NCBI GenBank assembly: GCA_017624735.1
Contig: JAGAMK010000027.1
Coordinates: 9,280-73,279 of the forward strand
Source: Clostridia bacterium
GTDB taxonomy: Bacteria; Bacillota; Clostridia; Oscillospirales; Acutalibacteraceae
Direction: 5' to 3'
Length of the DNA stretch: 64,000 bases
Made by a program: the position numbers and the translations under genes. Positions 27,893 to 37,486 of the stretch are shown one piece after another. Numbering within the stretch: the first letter of the stretch is position 1; each line of letters opens with the position of its first letter. The notes beneath the pieces were generated by a model that saw only the letters and a list, made by a program, of their open reading frames with translations, was not told where the DNA came from and did not search any database.

Positions 27893-29716
27893 ATGAATAA
27901 ATGGAGTTTTTATACATCAAAAGAAATAAAACCACAGGGTTGGCTTAAACGTCAGCTCGAAATTCAAGCGAATGGTTTAAGTGGTAATCTTCATAAAATC
28001 TGGCCCGATATCCGCGATAGTGCTTGGATTGGTGGCGACCGTGAGGGTTGGGAAAGAGTACCTTACTGGCTTGATGGCTTTATTCCTCTTGCATATCTTT
28101 TAGAAAATGAAGAAATGATTGCAACGGTAAAAAAGTATATTGATGCCATTGTTTCAGCACAGGAAGAAGATGGCTGGATTTGTCCGTGCAAAAAAGAAGA
28201 AAGAGCAAAGTATGACACTTGGGCAATACAACTTATATGCAAAACGCTCAAGGTTTATTACGATTGCTCAGGGGATGAGAGAATCCCACAAGTAATATAT
28301 AAAGTACTTAAAAACTATTATGAACTTCTTAAAAGTGGTGAAATCAAGTTATTCCAGTGGGCTAAATACAGATGGTTTGAGTCTTTCATTTCACTTAATT
28401 TCTTATACGAAAAATATCAAGAAGACTGGATTTGTGACCTTGCAAAAATTATTAAGGAGCAAGGCTTTGACTATAACAGAACAACTGAAAACTGGAAAAA
28501 ACCAAGTCACGTATGGAAATTGAACACACACATAGTTAATATGGCTATGATGCTTAAAAGTGAAGCTGTTTCTCACGATTTGCTGGGCGAAGAGTATACA
28601 GACAATGCTGAAAAACTCCGTGAAATTCTCGACAGATACAATGGTACTGCTTTTGAAAGTTTTACGGGTGACGAGGTGCTTTCAGGTCTTGACCCAACGA
28701 AGGGCACAGAATGTTGTGCAGTAGTTGAGCAGATGTATTCCTATGAAGAAATTTTTGCTCATACAGGTGATAATAAATGGGCAGAACGTCTTGAAATGCT
28801 TGGTTTTAACGCTCTTCCTGCCACACTCAGCGAGGATATGTGGACTCATCAGTATGTTCAGCAGGTAAATCAGATTGCCTGCCAGAAGACAATGATTATG
28901 GCTCCGTGGAGTACCAACGGCCCTTATGCGCATACATTCGGACTTGAGCCGAATTTTGGCTGTTGTACTGCAAATTTTAATCAAGGCTGGCCTAAATTTG
29001 CACTTTCATCATTCATGCATAAGGACAATACAGTATTAAGTTCAGTTATGTTGCCGTCTGTTCTGAAAGATGATGGTGTTATAATCAGACTTGAAACAGA
29101 TTACCCGTTTAACAATAAAATGCACTATTATATAGATGCAGAAAAGGATTTTAACTTTGTAATCCGTATTCCGTCATTTGCAAAAAATCTTAAAGTTAAT
29201 GGTGAAAATACAGAGATTAAAGACCTTGAATTTGCAATAACACAAGGTAAAACCGAAGTTGAAATTGAGTTTGAAACAACACCATATTTCAAAAAAAGGC
29301 CAAATGACCTTTATGTTTTACAGATGGGCTCTTTGTTATTCTCTGTGCCGATTAAATACGAAAAGCAAATGAGAGAATATACGAAAAAAGGTGTTGAACG
29401 CAAATTCCCGTATTGCGATTATCAGTTTATACCAAAAACGCCTTGGAATTATGGCTTTGCAGATGATGTTTTTGAAATAAATTATCATACATCAGGCGAC
29501 ATTCCGTTTTCACAAGATAACCCACCGGTAACAATAAAAGCAAAAATGCAGCAAATCAACTGGGGACTTAAATTCCCATACAGAAGTATTGCAAGAAAGA
29601 TACCTAAATCAAGAGTGCCGATAAGTGAAGTACAGGAAATAGAACTTTGCCCATACGGTTGTGCAAGACTTAGAATGACAGAATTGCCATTTCTCAATAA
29701 AGGCTTGTCTAAATAA
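27893..29716 (+). CDS. DUF1680/GH127-like putative glycoside hydrolase
   Basis: My recollection of the family N-terminus (GWLKRQLEIQANGLSG...WERVPYWLDG). 607 aa with no signal peptide. Not verified by search. Confidence 0.45.
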   Translation: MNKWSFYTSKEIKPQGWLKRQLEIQANGLSGNLHKIWPDIRDSAWIGGDREGWERVPYWLDGFIPLAYLLENEEMIATVKKYIDAIVSAQEEDGWICPCKKEERAKYDTWAIQLICKTLKVYYDCSGDERIPQVIYKVLKNYYELLKSGEIKLFQWAKYRWFESFISLNFLYEKYQEDWICDLAKIIKEQGFDYNRTTENWKKPSHVWKLNTHIVNMAMMLKSEAVSHDLLGEEYTDNAEKLREILDRYNGTAFESFTGDEVLSGLDPTKGTECCAVVEQMYSYEEIFAHTGDNKWAERLEMLGFNALPATLSEDMWTHQYVQQVNQIACQKTMIMAPWSTNGPYAHTFGLEPNFGCCTANFNQGWPKFALSSFMHKDNTVLSSVMLPSVLKDDGVIIRLETDYPFNNKMHYYIDAEKDFNFVIRIPSFAKNLKVNGENTEIKDLEFAITQGKTEVEIEFETTPYFKKRPNDLYVLQMGSLLFSVPIKYEKQMREYTKKGVERKFPYCDYQFIPKTPWNYGFADDVFEINYHTSGDIPFSQDNPPVTIKAKMQQINWGLKFPYRSIARKIPKSRVPISEVQEIELCPYGCARLRMTELPFLNKGLSK

Positions 29717-29748
29717 ATATAACCCCTGATAATAATCAGGGGTTATAT
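29717..29748. terminator. Bidirectional terminator
   Basis: Perfect 14-bp stem atataacccctgat/atcaggggttatat with a 4-nt loop between convergent genes. Confidence 0.8.
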
Positions 29749-29768
29749 TCGTTTATTTTTAAAGTCTT

Positions 29769-31613
29769 TTATCTTTTTACTGTTAATAGAACGCCACTGG
29801 ATAAGTCCTGTCTTGTGAAGTCAAACATTTCATCCACTAAATCCATAGTGTATTTAATGGCTTGACTATTGAAATTAGGTGATTCAATATAAATGTATTT
29901 AGGTCTTTTTTCAGGATTTTCTTTGTAGTAAGCCTTCAACAAATCTACATCAAGACTGCCTCTGTACCATGTCGTATATGTTGCCATAGGACGGTCCACG
30001 TGAAGATACATCCAATTTTCATATGTTGCTAACAAAACAGGGTCGTCTTTTCTACTGATACTTTTTATATAATCCAAATCGTTTATTAGTTTATTATAAT
30101 GTTCATACTGTTCTTTGCTCATGTACAATCCGGAATAAGGACCGGTTGTCGCTTTAGTAGCATCCTGTATTGGGACTTGAGCATACATATAGAATATGCC
30201 ATAGAATAACATCTGCAAACAAAAAACTACGGCTATTATTTTGCGACTAAGACCATATTTCTCTTTGCCATCAGTTGTTTCAGAGTCGTTTTCTTTAGCA
30301 ATACGTGTTTCTTTCCACAAATCCATTGTATAAAACACGCCTGCCACGTTAGCAACAGCAAGTACAACACCGATTGCCGCTAAATGTGTATCCGCTGCGA
30401 GATAATGAATAACAGCCGCAATTAAACATGGCATTGTCATGCAATAGAAAAGGGTTTTGTTTTTTTTCTCTGTCAACAGATAGCATATGGTTGAAAATAC
30501 GAAAAACGGTAAAGAAATCGCGAATAATTTGAACTCTGCCGATATCAAAATTGCAAATATAAATAATATTGACCATATAACCGTAGCGGTAAGATAGGCG
30601 AATCGATGCGTGTTGTTTCTTCTTTTTTTATCAAATAATAATGCAATGAAGATTATAGGTAATATCCATGGCATACCGAGATTAGCAGTACTGAAATATT
30701 CAAATGTTTGTCCAAGTTTTGAAGAGCCGGGATTGGAAGCAATATCATACTCGCTACTTCCTAAAAGATTTTCTATGTTGTTAAAAACTGAATCAATTGT
30801 TCCACCTGTTGAGAAGAAGAAAACAAGTGCGATAACAGCAATTATAAGAATTCCGCCAGAGAATCGCAAAATTGCTTCCTTGTTAAAGAAACAAGTATAT
30901 TCTTCTATATTGGGAAAGTTTTCAAACAACTGTTGCTTTTGTTCTCTTTTTTGTCTTTTTGTGAGCTTTTTACCCTTTTTTTCAGTGCGTGAAGCCTTAC
31001 GATTAAGTATGGACTCTATAATATCTTGTCGCTTTGTCCATATTGCACACCCAATTAGATATATCACGAATGCAAGACAGAAAAGTGGATTGCAAACGCA
31101 ACAACAACCAAAACAAATACCTGCAAGAACATATGAAATAACAGACTGTTTCTTATAAATTGATAAAAGACAGAGTGTGAATAACAACAAGAACACCACA
31201 AACATTGATTGGTAACTTATAGCTTGAATTCTATATGTTATCTGCACATAAAACATCATGGATGCCAAAACTGCCCACTTTCCGTATTCTTTAAAGCAAC
31301 GATAAATTGCAACTGCAACTGTTGTGTGAATCAAAAGATATACACATCTCAAGAAAATGAACATTCCGTCAGCAGAACCTTTAATGAAATTCCAAATTCG
31401 TACAGGTAAATAGGAAAATAATGACGCAAATTGTGTAAGATGCCATTCATGCTGAATTAAACTATCACCATTCATAATACGGAATGGTACAGTTGCATAA
31501 TGCGTTTCATCATGAAAATATGGAATTATAAAAAGAAAAAAGATATGTATTAACAAACCCGACAATAAAGCTATTCCAAATAACAGGTTTGTATTTTTTT
31601 GTTTTTTCATCAC
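29769..31613 (-). CDS. Polytopic membrane protein, GT-C-fold glycosyltransferase-like
   Basis: 614 aa with more than 10 TM segments. A YFHDETHYA motif sits after TM1 (compare the DE motif of PMT/ArnT-type GT-C enzymes). Contains a Lys/Gln-rich cytoplasmic loop. Confidence 0.5.
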   Translation of the reverse strand: MMKKQKNTNLLFGIALLSGLLIHIFFLFIIPYFHDETHYATVPFRIMNGDSLIQHEWHLTQFASLFSYLPVRIWNFIKGSADGMFIFLRCVYLLIHTTVAVAIYRCFKEYGKWAVLASMMFYVQITYRIQAISYQSMFVVFLLLFTLCLLSIYKKQSVISYVLAGICFGCCCVCNPLFCLAFVIYLIGCAIWTKRQDIIESILNRKASRTEKKGKKLTKRQKREQKQQLFENFPNIEEYTCFFNKEAILRFSGGILIIAVIALVFFFSTGGTIDSVFNNIENLLGSSEYDIASNPGSSKLGQTFEYFSTANLGMPWILPIIFIALLFDKKRRNNTHRFAYLTATVIWSILFIFAILISAEFKLFAISLPFFVFSTICYLLTEKKNKTLFYCMTMPCLIAAVIHYLAADTHLAAIGVVLAVANVAGVFYTMDLWKETRIAKENDSETTDGKEKYGLSRKIIAVVFCLQMLFYGIFYMYAQVPIQDATKATTGPYSGLYMSKEQYEHYNKLINDLDYIKSISRKDDPVLLATYENWMYLHVDRPMATYTTWYRGSLDVDLLKAYYKENPEKRPKYIYIESPNFNSQAIKYTMDLVDEMFDFTRQDLSSGVLLTVKR

Positions 31614-31775
31614 AAATACCCTCTAAATACTAACTGCAATATATAATCTAATATTATCATAAAATATAAATCAAGTCAAACCTAATATAAATTAATAATA
31701 ATTGATTACAAACACTTGATATTAGTTTAATTTCTGTGATATAATACTATGAATAATAATTTGGAGACGTATGCG

Positions 31776-33215
31776 ATGAATAGAGTAATGTTGCTTTACC
31801 CACCAGGGAGAGCGTATCAACGAAGCGAAGACCGAGCACAATGTAATATTGAGGATTCTGCGGTGGCATCTACTCACGCATGTAATGATATTGGTTATGC
31901 AGCGGCTGTTTTGTTAGAAAAAGAGTATTCTGTTTTTCTCAAAGATTATCAGACAGAACTTGCTACTAAAGAGCAGGTAAAAGCAGATATTGAAGAGTTT
32001 AAACCTGACTTGATATTTATAAGTATCACAAATGCAACTATATATGAAGACCTTGATTTTATCAACTGGATAAAGTCTTTCCACGATTGTAAATTTGTTA
32101 TAAAGGGTGCTATTTTCTATAACCCCAAAAAGAGTCTCCTCGAAACACTTGACCTTAGTAATGTTTCTTGCTTGGTTGGTGGCGAAATTGAGTTTATAAT
32201 GGGCCCTGTTACTGATTATCTTTTAAGAGGTATTGGAAATATTGATGATATTCCGGGAATCATTTATAACAATGGTAATGAGTTTGTTGCAACAAAATTT
32301 GACTGCTGGAGTAAAAATCTGGACGAGCTTCCTTTCCCTGCAAGACATTTAATGAATAACGATATTTACACACGTCCTGACACTGGTGAACCCATGGCGA
32401 CAATTTCCGTTGCTAAGGGCTGTCCTTCACAGTGTATATATTGTCTTACTCCTATTATTTCAGGTAAAAATGTACGTTTGAGAAGTGTAGAAAACGTTTT
32501 TGCTGAAATAGAAGAATGTTACTATAAGTTTAACATCAGAAATTTCTTTTTTAAGGCAGATACATTTACCATTGATAACGAGTGGGCATCAGAGTTGTGT
32601 GATAAAATCATCAATTCTCCACTTAATGGAAAAATTGAATTTACTGCAAACTCTCGTACAAAGCCATTGTCTTTTGAATTGCTACAGAAAATGAAGGCTG
32701 CAGGTTGCTTTATGATTGCTGTTGGCTTTGAAACCGGCTCCGAAAAGACAATGAAGCTTATTAAAAAGGGTGCTACCCTTGAGGATAGCATTCGTGCAGC
32801 ATCGCTTATCAGAAAAGCAGGAATTCCTTTGTTTGGTTTCTTTATGGTAGGCTTTCCTTGGGAAACAAAAGAGGATATTAAGGCAACTGAAAAATTTATT
32901 CTTAAATTAAATCCTGACTTTATTGAAATACATATTGCTATGCCATACTACGGCACAGAGTTATATCAATACTGTGTGGACTACAACACATTGAGTGATT
33001 TGGCTTGGGGTAATGATTATTATGCTCCAAATACTATTGGTACAAGCACAGTAAGTCTTGAAGAAGTAACAAAAATGAAAAAGCAGATGCAGCTTAAATT
33101 CTATCTGCGACCAATATATATTTTAAAAACATTAAAAAAGTGCATAACATCTTTTACTCAGTTTAAAAACTATGCACAACACGCAATTAAACTTTTAAAG
33201 AAAAATCTTTTTTGA
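31776..33215 (+). CDS. B12-binding-domain radical SAM protein
   Basis: N-terminal Rossmann-like B12 domain, then CPSQCIYC (CxxxCxxC). ATG 31776 follows ggag. An alternative ATG is at 31749. Confidence 0.8.
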   Translation: MNRVMLLYPPGRAYQRSEDRAQCNIEDSAVASTHACNDIGYAAAVLLEKEYSVFLKDYQTELATKEQVKADIEEFKPDLIFISITNATIYEDLDFINWIKSFHDCKFVIKGAIFYNPKKSLLETLDLSNVSCLVGGEIEFIMGPVTDYLLRGIGNIDDIPGIIYNNGNEFVATKFDCWSKNLDELPFPARHLMNNDIYTRPDTGEPMATISVAKGCPSQCIYCLTPIISGKNVRLRSVENVFAEIEECYYKFNIRNFFFKADTFTIDNEWASELCDKIINSPLNGKIEFTANSRTKPLSFELLQKMKAAGCFMIAVGFETGSEKTMKLIKKGATLEDSIRAASLIRKAGIPLFGFFMVGFPWETKEDIKATEKFILKLNPDFIEIHIAMPYYGTELYQYCVDYNTLSDLAWGNDYYAPNTIGTSTVSLEEVTKMKKQMQLKFYLRPIYILKTLKKCITSFTQFKNYAQHAIKLLKKNLF

Positions 33216-33223
33216 GGTAAAAA

Positions 33224-34702
33224 ATGAAAGTTTTATTCATTAACCCATCTGTTGGCTATTATACAAGAGCCCTTTCAAATCCATTGGGGCTTCTCTCAAT
33301 AGCCACTCATGTAAAAAACAATGGACACGAGGTAAAACTCGAAGACCGTTGTGTTCACAAATCAAATATCAATAAACTTTTAGATTCATATAAGCCTGAC
33401 ATTATCGGTGTATCTCTTATGTCATCCCGTGGTCTTATAGATGCTGAAAAGATATCAAAAGCTGCAAGAGCAAAGGGAATACCTGTTGTATGGGGTGGAC
33501 AGATGCCATCTCTTCAAATGGAGCAGGTGTTATCTCTTGACCTTGTTGATTATATTTCTTATGGTGAAGGTGAAGAAACCTGGCTTGAAATGATGAATGC
33601 ACTCCAGAAGGGTGAATCATTTGCTAATATTCAGGGCTTGGCATACAAGGAAAACGGAAAAATAGTTGTTACTCCTTGTCGCAAATTTGCTGACCTTCGA
33701 GATATGCCGGTTTCTGACTATACACTCATTGACCCATCAAAATATATGCAGACATATCTTGGTTGTAAAAAGATGATGTACATATATTCTGCAAAGGGTT
33801 GTCCTTGCAGATGTGCTTTCTGTTCAAATATGAATTTCCACAAAAGCACTTACAGAAAGCGTCCCAATGAGTATGTATTGGAAGAAATTCGTTATCTTAT
33901 AGAAAATCATGGTGCAGATGGTTTCTTCTTCTCGGACGAACTTTGGGTTGTCAAGAAAAGTGATTTAGTTGATTTCTGTGAGAAAGTTCATGAAAGTGGC
34001 TTAAAATTCCAGTGGGGTATCGAGCTTCGAATCGGCATGTTTGGTGAAGAAGAATATCAAATGCTTTATGATGCAGGTTGCAGATGGATTTTCTTCGGCA
34101 TTGAAACTGGCTCAGAGGAAATGCAAAAGATTGTCCACAAAAATATTGACTATTCAAAAATCGCACCTACCTTTGAAATTCTTAACAAAATTGGTATTAC
34201 AACTATTGGCTCATTTATTATCGGGTTCCCAAATGAAACTGTTGACCAGTTGAGAGATACTGTTAAATTGCTCAATACAGTTAAAGCAAATCTTACACCG
34301 GTTTTCCATTTCACACCTATTCCTGGTACTGAACTTTATGACCAGGTTGTGGCAAATGGAACTTATAAAGCGCCAAAAACACTTAAAGCAATGAGTAAGG
34401 TTGTTGCAACTGAATCCTTGGGTGTAAACCTTTCTGCTGTTCCAAGTGTGGATTTACGAGTTATCAGAAGCTGGTACTTGTGGAAGAGTTTCTCAAACAA
34501 AGGTGCTTTACAGGAACATGGTGCATTTGAGTTTGCAAAAGAAACAATTCTTAATGGATTGCACTCTATTTCACTTAAAGGTCCTATTAATTTCTTCATT
34601 GACGGCTTTAAGGCTTTATATGAATTCCTTTATATTTTCTGGTTTTCACACGCATACCCAAAAATTATTAAAAAATATGATTTAGACAAAACTTACGATT
34701 AA
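33224..34702 (+). CDS. B12-binding-domain radical SAM protein (second, divergent paralogue)
   Basis: MKVLFINPS...DIIGVSLMS B12-like domain and CPCRCAFC cluster motif. Confidence 0.8.
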   Translation: MKVLFINPSVGYYTRALSNPLGLLSIATHVKNNGHEVKLEDRCVHKSNINKLLDSYKPDIIGVSLMSSRGLIDAEKISKAARAKGIPVVWGGQMPSLQMEQVLSLDLVDYISYGEGEETWLEMMNALQKGESFANIQGLAYKENGKIVVTPCRKFADLRDMPVSDYTLIDPSKYMQTYLGCKKMMYIYSAKGCPCRCAFCSNMNFHKSTYRKRPNEYVLEEIRYLIENHGADGFFFSDELWVVKKSDLVDFCEKVHESGLKFQWGIELRIGMFGEEEYQMLYDAGCRWIFFGIETGSEEMQKIVHKNIDYSKIAPTFEILNKIGITTIGSFIIGFPNETVDQLRDTVKLLNTVKANLTPVFHFTPIPGTELYDQVVANGTYKAPKTLKAMSKVVATESLGVNLSAVPSVDLRVIRSWYLWKSFSNKGALQEHGAFEFAKETILNGLHSISLKGPINFFIDGFKALYEFLYIFWFSHAYPKIIKKYDLDKTYD

Positions 34703-34712
34703 GGTGACAAAA

Positions 34713-35648
34713 ATGAGTAAAAAACTAATTTCAATTGTTGTTCCCAATTTCAACGAGGCTGATACTCTTGACGAGTTATACGAAAGAACAACAAAAGTAA
34801 TGCAAACTCTCGATAAATACGATTATGAAATCGTGTTTTTTGACGATGGCTCAACAGACGGGTCAAAAAAGAAAATAGAAGAGCTTTGCAATAAGGATGA
34901 CCATATAAAAGCAGTTTTTTATTCAAAGAATTTCGGTTATGCAAAGGGTACTTTCTATTGTTTCCAACAGGCAAAAGGGGATTGTGCTGTAATTCTACAC
35001 GCAGATTTACAGAATCCACCTGAGGAAATTCCAAAACTTGTTGAGAAATGGGAAACTGGTGCTCAAATCGTTTTCGGCGTTAAAAACCAAAGCCGAGAAA
35101 ACAAAATCGTTTATTTTATCCGAACAATTTTCTATTGGGTAATAAATAACATTTTTGGTGTAAAAATGGTGCCACATGCAACTGAATTTGAGTTGTTTGA
35201 TAAGAGCTTTATTGATGTACTCAAAAGAATTAACACAAACGAGCCTTTCCTTCGTGGCCTTATTTATGAATATGGTTCATCCTTTGAGTTTGTTTATTAT
35301 ACTCAGGAAAAGCGTAAAAAGGGCAAGAGCAAATTCACCTTGTCAAAATACTATGACTTTGCAGTTTGCGGTATCGTAAATGCTTCAAAGGTATTGCCAA
35401 GACGAGTTATTTGGGTGTCAATAATTATGATGCTTTTAACCATTGCAGAATTATTCATTTGCTGTTTGCCAAACGCATTTGATTTAACTCTTAACGAAGC
35501 ACTCAGCAGTATTATGTTGAGATTGGCAATCATTTTTATGGGATTACTTTTGTTGATGGTTTGTTTCTGTGCAGAGCATCTTATTTCACTTCCTCGCAAC
35601 AATGGAGAAAAGCCAATCATCATTGAAGAGAGAAGAATTAATTACTAA
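34713..35648 (+). CDS. Family 2 glycosyltransferase with C-terminal TM helices (polyprenol-phosphate sugar synthase-like, GtrB/DPM1 type)
   Basis: ISIVVPNFNE...DDGSTDGS...HADLQNPPEE motifs and two C-terminal TM segments. An alternative GTG is at 34704. Confidence 0.75.
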   Translation: MSKKLISIVVPNFNEADTLDELYERTTKVMQTLDKYDYEIVFFDDGSTDGSKKKIEELCNKDDHIKAVFYSKNFGYAKGTFYCFQQAKGDCAVILHADLQNPPEEIPKLVEKWETGAQIVFGVKNQSRENKIVYFIRTIFYWVINNIFGVKMVPHATEFELFDKSFIDVLKRINTNEPFLRGLIYEYGSSFEFVYYTQEKRKKGKSKFTLSKYYDFAVCGIVNASKVLPRRVIWVSIIMMLLTIAELFICCLPNAFDLTLNEALSSIMLRLAIIFMGLLLLMVCFCAEHLISLPRNNGEKPIIIEERRINY

Positions 35649-35684
35649 AATAATCAATCACCAAAGCAGAAAAGAGGGATGTTT

Positions 35685-36410
35685 ATGGTTGGTGTTATAT
35701 TAGCTGCTGGTGATGGCACTCGTTTGAAGATGAGCTCCGGTCAGGACATCTGCAAGTCATTAAGAAAAATAAATGACAAACACTTAATAGAATATGCACT
35801 TGATAATTTGATTGATTTAGGCATAACTGATGCTTATGTAGTTGTTGGTAAACAAGGCGATTTAATCAAAAAGGCAATCGGTAAGAAGTATGAGAGTTTA
35901 ACTATTCATTATGTTCACCAAGCACAACAAAATGGTTTAGTAAACGCCTTTGTACAAGCCTTGAATGTTATTGACGACAGTAAAACTGTTGTTTTACAGT
36001 TAGCAGATGAAATTTTTGTTAATTTGAAAACCGAATCAATTAAAAATGCATTGAACTTAGATAAATCCCACTTCTTCTGTGGTGTTACATACGAAGAAAA
36101 CCTTGAAAAAATCATGAACAACTTTTCAGTTGAAATAGATGATAATTCAATACTTGTAAAATGTATAGAAAAACCAAAGGTTGTTACAGGCAATATAAAA
36201 GGTACGGGATTCAGCATTTTTAACGGCAAATCACAGACGATTATAAAAGAAACATACGCAACAACCCCTGAGAAACTCTACGATTTATGCGACTGCTTCA
36301 ATTATCTAACAACATTGGGCTATCATGGCTCAACACTCTTTGTTGCAGAAAGAGAATTTAATATAAATACGATTTCTGATTTAACAGAAGCAGAATTCTT
36401 TTTTAAATAA
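35685..36410 (+). CDS. Sugar-phosphate nucleotidyltransferase
   Basis: VGVILAAGDGTRL signature. ATG 35685 lies 7 nt after agaggg. Confidence 0.75.
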   Translation: MVGVILAAGDGTRLKMSSGQDICKSLRKINDKHLIEYALDNLIDLGITDAYVVVGKQGDLIKKAIGKKYESLTIHYVHQAQQNGLVNAFVQALNVIDDSKTVVLQLADEIFVNLKTESIKNALNLDKSHFFCGVTYEENLEKIMNNFSVEIDDNSILVKCIEKPKVVTGNIKGTGFSIFNGKSQTIIKETYATTPEKLYDLCDCFNYLTTLGYHGSTLFVAEREFNINTISDLTEAEFFFK

Positions 36411-36447
36411 AAAACCGAAATCCCTTGAATTTGGGGTTTCGGTTTTT
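36411..36447. terminator. Bidirectional terminator
   Basis: aaccgaaatccc/ggggtttcggtt stem flanked by A- and T-runs. Confidence 0.7.
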
Positions 36448-36461
36448 GCTTTATATTTGCA

Positions 36462-37250
36462 CTATATCAACAATTTGTAGTCTTCTGCACATTTTTTTAA
36501 TCCATCTTCAACACTACTGAAAACTATACCATGTTTTCTTGCCTTTTCACAATTCATCCATAAATTATGTCTTGGTGGTGTATCTTCAACTGCTATATCT
36601 TTCCCAATGAGAGTTAAAAACTCCTTTGTTATCTCATACATAGACTTTGATGTTTCGCTTCCAAAGTTATATACACCACCGGGGAGAAGTATAACATTTT
36701 CCATGTTTTCAGCAACTTCTTTTACATATGTAATCCCTCTGAATTGCTGAGAACTAAAACAGACTGAATCCTTTGCATTTATGATATTCATAAAATAGTT
36801 AGGTTTTTTCAGGTAATAATCGTACATCCACTCTGCACGTAGCATGACTGCATCTGGAGAAATATCAAGAACATGTTGTTCCATTTCCAGTTTGTGTTCG
36901 GCATATATATTGTTTGGGTTTACCATATCTTCCAAATATGGACCATCCTCATTAGTTCCGCTGTAAACTTGGTCAGAACTGAAGCAAATAAGCTTTATGT
37001 TTTTTGATGATTTTGCTAAAAACACGGGAATCTGTACATTTGCAAAATAGGAAGCCTCGGGATTAGCTTGACACACTCCAATATCTGAAATAGCAGCAGT
37101 ATGAATAATCGTATCAACGCAATTTTCTTCTACAATACGCTTAATATCATTTTCCGATATGTTTCGGAGTGACGGACATGCAACGACATCCTTGCAAACC
37201 TGCATTATCTTGCTTCCGACAAATCCACTTGCACCAGTAACAAGCACCAT
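36462..37250 (-). CDS. NAD-dependent epimerase/reductase (SDR, RmlD-like)
   Basis: MVLVTGASGFVGS Rossmann motif and YAEHK catalytic Tyr-x3-Lys. RBS aaggaga precedes ATG 37250. Confidence 0.7.
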   Translation of the reverse strand: MVLVTGASGFVGSKIMQVCKDVVACPSLRNISENDIKRIVEENCVDTIIHTAAISDIGVCQANPEASYFANVQIPVFLAKSSKNIKLICFSSDQVYSGTNEDGPYLEDMVNPNNIYAEHKLEMEQHVLDISPDAVMLRAEWMYDYYLKKPNYFMNIINAKDSVCFSSQQFRGITYVKEVAENMENVILLPGGVYNFGSETSKSMYEITKEFLTLIGKDIAVEDTPPRHNLWMNCEKARKHGIVFSSVEDGLKKCAEDYKLLI

Positions 37251-37364
37251 AAAAATTCTCCTTATAGACACTTAATACTTTGTCTTAAAATAATTGTACC
37301 ATAATGGTTATTACTTTTCAATCTTGAACCATAATTGTGTTTGAAATCAAATCAATCAATAAAT

Positions 37365-37416
37365 AAAAAGCGTTGTAAAAGAGAAACGATACTCCCAAAT
37401 ACAATGCTTGTGTTTT
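37365..37416. repeat. Hairpin repeat family, degenerate copy A (aaaaagcgttgta...tacaatgctt)
   Basis: Alignable with the copies at 48272, 56617 and 58723. Confidence 0.5.
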
Positions 37417-37418
37417 AT

Positions 37419-37447
37419 TTGCTTTTTATTTATGGGGATGATATAAT
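37419..37447 (+). promoter_or_regulatory. Candidate promoter TTGCTT-17 nt-TGATATAAT
   Basis: Shares the gatgatataat extended -10 block with 4726-4736. Confidence 0.4.
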
Positions 37448-37486
37448 AATTTATGAATAAAAAAGTTTATCATTGGAGATGGGACA

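Noticed and set aside
30610-31158. 182-aa plus-strand ORF
   Set aside because: It is antisense to the 614-aa GT-C-like membrane protein gene, whose full-length hydrophobic periodicity is far more convincing.
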